DNA from: Candidatus Hodarchaeota archaeon
Lineage (GTDB): Archaea; Asgardarchaeota; Lokiarchaeia; Sigyniarchaeales; SOKP01
Direction: 5' to 3'
DNA length: 64,000 bases
NCBI GenBank assembly: GCA_048887225.1
Contig: JBHLJY010000001.1
Span: forward strand, 64,001-128,000
Part shown: positions 61,401-64,000 of the stretch, one piece after another
Layout: every line of letters begins with the position of its first letter
Position numbering within the stretch: the stretch's first letter is position 1
Position numbers and translations under genes: made by a program
The notes under the pieces: model-generated
Told to the model about the DNA's origin: nothing
Databases searched by the model: none
What the model saw: only the letters and a program-made list of their open reading frames with translations

Positions 61401-61909
61401 CTCGATTAGAATATGATATGCTTTTATTAGAAAAACAAACAAAGGATTTATGTGAAATAATAAAAGAATGTTGTAATGACATGATGCATTTAATTAAAGA
61501 CAGGGGTCTTACACTTAATCTAGATATTCCTAACAATTTTTATCTCGATATAGACGCTATGAGAGTTGAACAAGTAATTATAAATCTATTGTCAAACGCT
61601 ATAAAAAATACTCCACCTAAAGGAAAAATTTCTATTGGTTTGCGAGAAGAGAATAATTGGGCTACATTAGCTGTAACTGATACGGGAGTTGGTTTTACTA
61701 AGGAAGAAATGAGTAAAGTTTTCACTAGATTCGGTAAAATAGAAAGACTTGATAAAGGACTTGAATATATGGATATCCAAGGTTCAGGATTAGGACTATA
61801 TCTCTCTAAAGAAATTGTTGATTTACATGGAGGTAAAATCTGGGCAGCGTCTGAAGGTCGAAATAAGGGTTCTACATTTTACTTTTCTCTGCCTATCATT
61901 AAAAAATAG
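58487..61909 (+). CDS. PAS-domain sensor histidine kinase (7 PAS)
   Basis: Seven ESEEK...DIT-type repeats, VSHELKTPL, NLLSNAIK, DTGVG, GSGLGL. Confidence 0.92.
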   Translation: MNAIENQLKELNKKLIESEEKFRAIAEQSNLGICIQQDDRIKYINQRLADLVGYTIEELKSWQPREYAKVIHPDDREYAIEQGRKKQLGSNNVDTNYQFRLIKSTGEIIWVDNYSNAIIYKDSLANLATIIDITEKKKAEIELKESEEKFRLISEKADDLISILDKKMKFEYVNEPVHYRLMGYSREDLIGKTGLELIHPEDRAKVLQEFNKAFKTGEAIAEARIRNKDGQYIWTETKGKSFIDKNNEPKALLITRIITERKNDEKKLKESEEKFKALFKGGPVPTYAWQKVRNDFKLIDYNNAAEEFTYRNVRNYLGLKASEMYKDRPDILKDLHSCFDTKFNITREMKYYINILKEEKDLIVKYSFIPPDLVLVHTEDITRRKIAEENLKESEEKYRLIIENAHEGIWAIDKDANITFVNPRMAEILGYTTDEMLGKHLFDFMDENLIEIAKQYLERRKRGIKEQHDFEFLRKNGTKITTSLNTSPIIDKNGNYVGAVAFITDITVRRKAEYELKESEEKYRHLFENSPFIIVILDLEANIIDLNSAVNNFLTSRTKNDLIGKNIREIFSIREEEKPIIPIILDQIKRTVNGETTEPFEFPLIRSDESIQWIRFQSSLINLEDQNLIQFIGQDITKRKKDRDELRLHSQIMKNMAEGVCLIRADNETFVYINPRFKKLFGYEPDELIGKHVSIINAPTAISPMETAKKITDIVERTGEWHGEVKNIKKDGTTLFCHANISTFKHPEYGKVYVNVIIDMTESKKSEQKLEESEKKYRYIFENSRNAILLINPDGIIIDCNPSTERITGYKKTELINRNFKDLSVIRKKYLNLSVKLFRKLFDGEIVHRVDVEFIKKGGSLIWVSIHASIVNISEEKFMIVLIYDITERKRAEFLVEEELKKLKELEQIRKNLILRVSHELKTPLIPVCSGTEFLLYKYEKQLEEEVSDILKMIEKGGKRLKMLVNKLLDVSRLEYDMLLLEKQTKDLCEIIKECCNDMMHLIKDRGLTLNLDIPNNFYLDIDAMRVEQVIINLLSNAIKNTPPKGKISIGLREENNWATLAVTDTGVGFTKEEMSKVFTRFGKIERLDKGLEYMDIQGSGLGLYLSKEIVDLHGGKIWAASEGRNKGSTFYFSLPIIKK

Positions 61910-62019
61910 TTTTAATCTCTTTTTAGATCCTCTTAGTTTAATTTAAATATTTTTTAATTATTTCGAAGTTTATTTGCTCATAATCCAAAAAGAATTTCTA
62001 TGATTAATACTCCAATATT

Positions 62020-62469
62020 TTATTTTTTTAAATCTATTTTAACTTTATCTCTGTCCTCAAACTTAAGTTCGAGAATTATTCTACCCCATCCCCCACATTT
62101 TAATCCTATATCGAAACAACCAACTCTTTTAATACGCATTTCATTAGGATCAACACCCGCGTAAAATAGCTCTTGAGCAGCAAAAATTAACCTTTCCATC
62201 TCACTTAATGCATAAATACAAATTCGCTTAGGATTTAATTTAGTAAGAAGATTTCCAGGACCATCAAAATAAAATTTATGACCTACTTTATGTAAACTAC
62301 TACATCCATGTGATTGAACTACTTCAATAATGATCGTTTTTTGCAATAAAGCTGGCGCTTTCATAATTGCTTCCTGATTTCTCGGATTTTTCATCCAAAG
62401 CTCCATTTCTTCATCTGAATAACCTAAATGTTTTTGGATAAAACGAGCATAATTTTTTATAGATTTCAT
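62020..62469 (-). CDS. Cys-containing hypothetical protein (TIGR04076-like)
   Basis: IEVVQSHGC..HKVG..F, ICIYAL, GCFD.G..CGGWG; ATG at 62469 behind GGAG. Confidence 0.6.
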   Translation of the reverse strand: MKSIKNYARFIQKHLGYSDEEMELWMKNPRNQEAIMKAPALLQKTIIIEVVQSHGCSSLHKVGHKFYFDGPGNLLTKLNPKRICIYALSEMERLIFAAQELFYAGVDPNEMRIKRVGCFDIGLKCGGWGRIILELKFEDRDKVKIDLKK

Positions 62470-62694
62470 TTTCTCTCCATCCTTGTTTTTTTTCTTAATA
62501 TTATTTATTATTTTTTTTATTATAGATATTTTAATCAAATTATATTTTTAAGAGGAATGAATTTTACTAAATATTATATTTAGTTCAAAATATAAGATTC
62601 TCTAAGTTTTAACATACAAGAAAGCTAAAATTCAAACGATATTTTCAAACTAAAAAAGAAAGTTAGAACCTTAAATAAAAAAAAGTTGAAAAAA

Positions 62695-63069
62695 TTAGAT
62701 AAAAGCTAAAATTCCGAATATGAGCACGACTAAGGCAATGAGGAACACTATTCGACCAGCCATAATGTGCATCTTTCGCATATTTTTATCCTGCTTTTTA
62801 GACGCAATATACCCCCCAAAAATTTCGCCAATTACCCAGATAATGACAATTAATCCAAAAACTGCATGAATTAAAATTAAATTTAATCCACTCAAGACAA
62901 GAAGGCCGATTAGAGTGAGTATTATTCCAGCAACGGCAAAAATTTTATGGAATAAAAACCATTTTTCCGGTTTATGGATGGTTACTACAATGATTGAAAG
63001 TGCCAAAAGCGAGATTCCAATCAGCATGACCCAAAAATGGGGAAACGTTAAAAGGGCTGTTATAGACAT
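62695..63069 (-). CDS. Four-TM membrane protein with heme-type His spacing (cytochrome b561-like)
   Basis: PHFW, WFLFHK, IHAVFG, RKMHIMAGR. Confidence 0.65.
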   Translation of the reverse strand: MSITALLTFPHFWVMLIGISLLALSIIVVTIHKPEKWFLFHKIFAVAGIILTLIGLLVLSGLNLILIHAVFGLIVIIWVIGEIFGGYIASKKQDKNMRKMHIMAGRIVFLIALVVLIFGILAFI

Positions 63070-63202
63070 CTTTTTTATACACACTTCTTTTTAATAATTT
63101 TTTATTGATTTTTACGCATGTTCATTATTAAAATTTACTTAACTAAAGTAAAAATATAAAAAAAAAAATAATAAATAAATAATGAGTAATAACTGAGAAT
63201 TA

Positions 63203-63976
63203 ATGATCGAAAAAAAGATTTTGATTACTCGAAGTGTCGGTGGGCATTTGCACGCAGTTCATTTTTTAAGTCGCGGTGAAAAATCTTCTGAAAAAAATGA
63301 AAGATATCCATTTGTAATACTCTGCCATGGATTAACAGGTGATAAATATGAGTGGGGGCGTTTCACTAAGACTGCGAAATCTTTAAATGAAGTGGGATTT
63401 GACGCATTAATTTTTGATTTTTCTGGTTCTGGTGAGAATGAACGTGAATCCATAACATTATCTAAGCAGGTCAAGGATCTTGAAGATGTATATACATGGG
63501 CAAAAAATAAAGGTTATACAAAAATTGCTGTTATAGGGCTTTCGTTTGGTGGACTCACAGCTTTAGTGGCACACCTTCCAGGGATTAAAACATATGTATT
63601 TTGGGCTCCTGGTTTCTATGTAAAAGAAGAATTTTTTAAAATGACAGCATTACAGAAAACTCTTGAAAAAGGAGTTCTAAAATTACCTTCCTCTGGGGAT
63701 TATGAACCTATAATGATAGATAATTCGTTTTTGGAGGCTCTTGCCAATTATGAAGTTAACTCTTATCTAAAAAAATTATTGACCCCTACATTACTAATAC
63801 AAGGTACTCGTGATATGGTTGTTAAATGTAATTCTACAAAAGAAGCATTCAAACAATTGCCACAAGAGGACTCTCATAAACTCGTTGAGATTGAAAAAGC
63901 AACTCATAATTTTGACGGAGTCTATTTAACAAAATTTATTGATGTTTCTATTCATTGGTTAAAAAAATATCTCTAA
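63203..63976 (+). CDS. Alpha/beta hydrolase
   Basis: CHGLTG, FDFSGSGE, GLSFGG, QGTRD, ATHNF. Confidence 0.9.
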   Translation: MIEKKILITRSVGGHLHAVHFLSRGEKSSEKNERYPFVILCHGLTGDKYEWGRFTKTAKSLNEVGFDALIFDFSGSGENERESITLSKQVKDLEDVYTWAKNKGYTKIAVIGLSFGGLTALVAHLPGIKTYVFWAPGFYVKEEFFKMTALQKTLEKGVLKLPSSGDYEPIMIDNSFLEALANYEVNSYLKKLLTPTLLIQGTRDMVVKCNSTKEAFKQLPQEDSHKLVEIEKATHNFDGVYLTKFIDVSIHWLKKYL

Positions 63977-64000
63977 AAAAATAAATTAATGTTCCGTTAA

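Overview
AT-rich archaeal chromosomal window, most consistent with an Asgard archaeon (Lokiarchaeia). That assignment is inferred from a Rab-like GTPase, a longin-like protein, an Sm/Lsm protein, multi-PAS histidine kinases, an archaeal-type tRNA-Arg(CCU) and AGGTGA Shine-Dalgarno motifs. Most genes serve anaerobic heterotrophic metabolism: W-type aldehyde:ferredoxin oxidoreductase, LpdA, glycerate kinase, FAD/Fe-S oxidoreductases, acetoacetate-CoA ligase, thiolases, methylmalonyl-CoA mutase, ADP-forming acyl-CoA synthetase, a 2-oxoacid:ferredoxin oxidoreductase, a GH78 rhamnosidase and a sulfatase. No CRISPR array, rRNA or transposase was seen. The main finding is a 30-nt, stop-containing insertion (19789-19818) that interrupts the acetoacetate-CoA ligase gene inside its conserved WMMWNW motif. 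It folds into a bulge-helix-bulge structure whose canonical cut sites restore the reading frame exactly, making it a candidate tRNA-endonuclease-type mRNA intron in an Asgard metabolic gene. Other findings: a circularly permuted PorB whose TPP-binding motif is split between the C- and N-termini, two genes that seem to need ATA/ATT start codons, a ModE-type operator upstream of aor, and a thiolase-like/DUF35 pair lacking the catalytic Cys.
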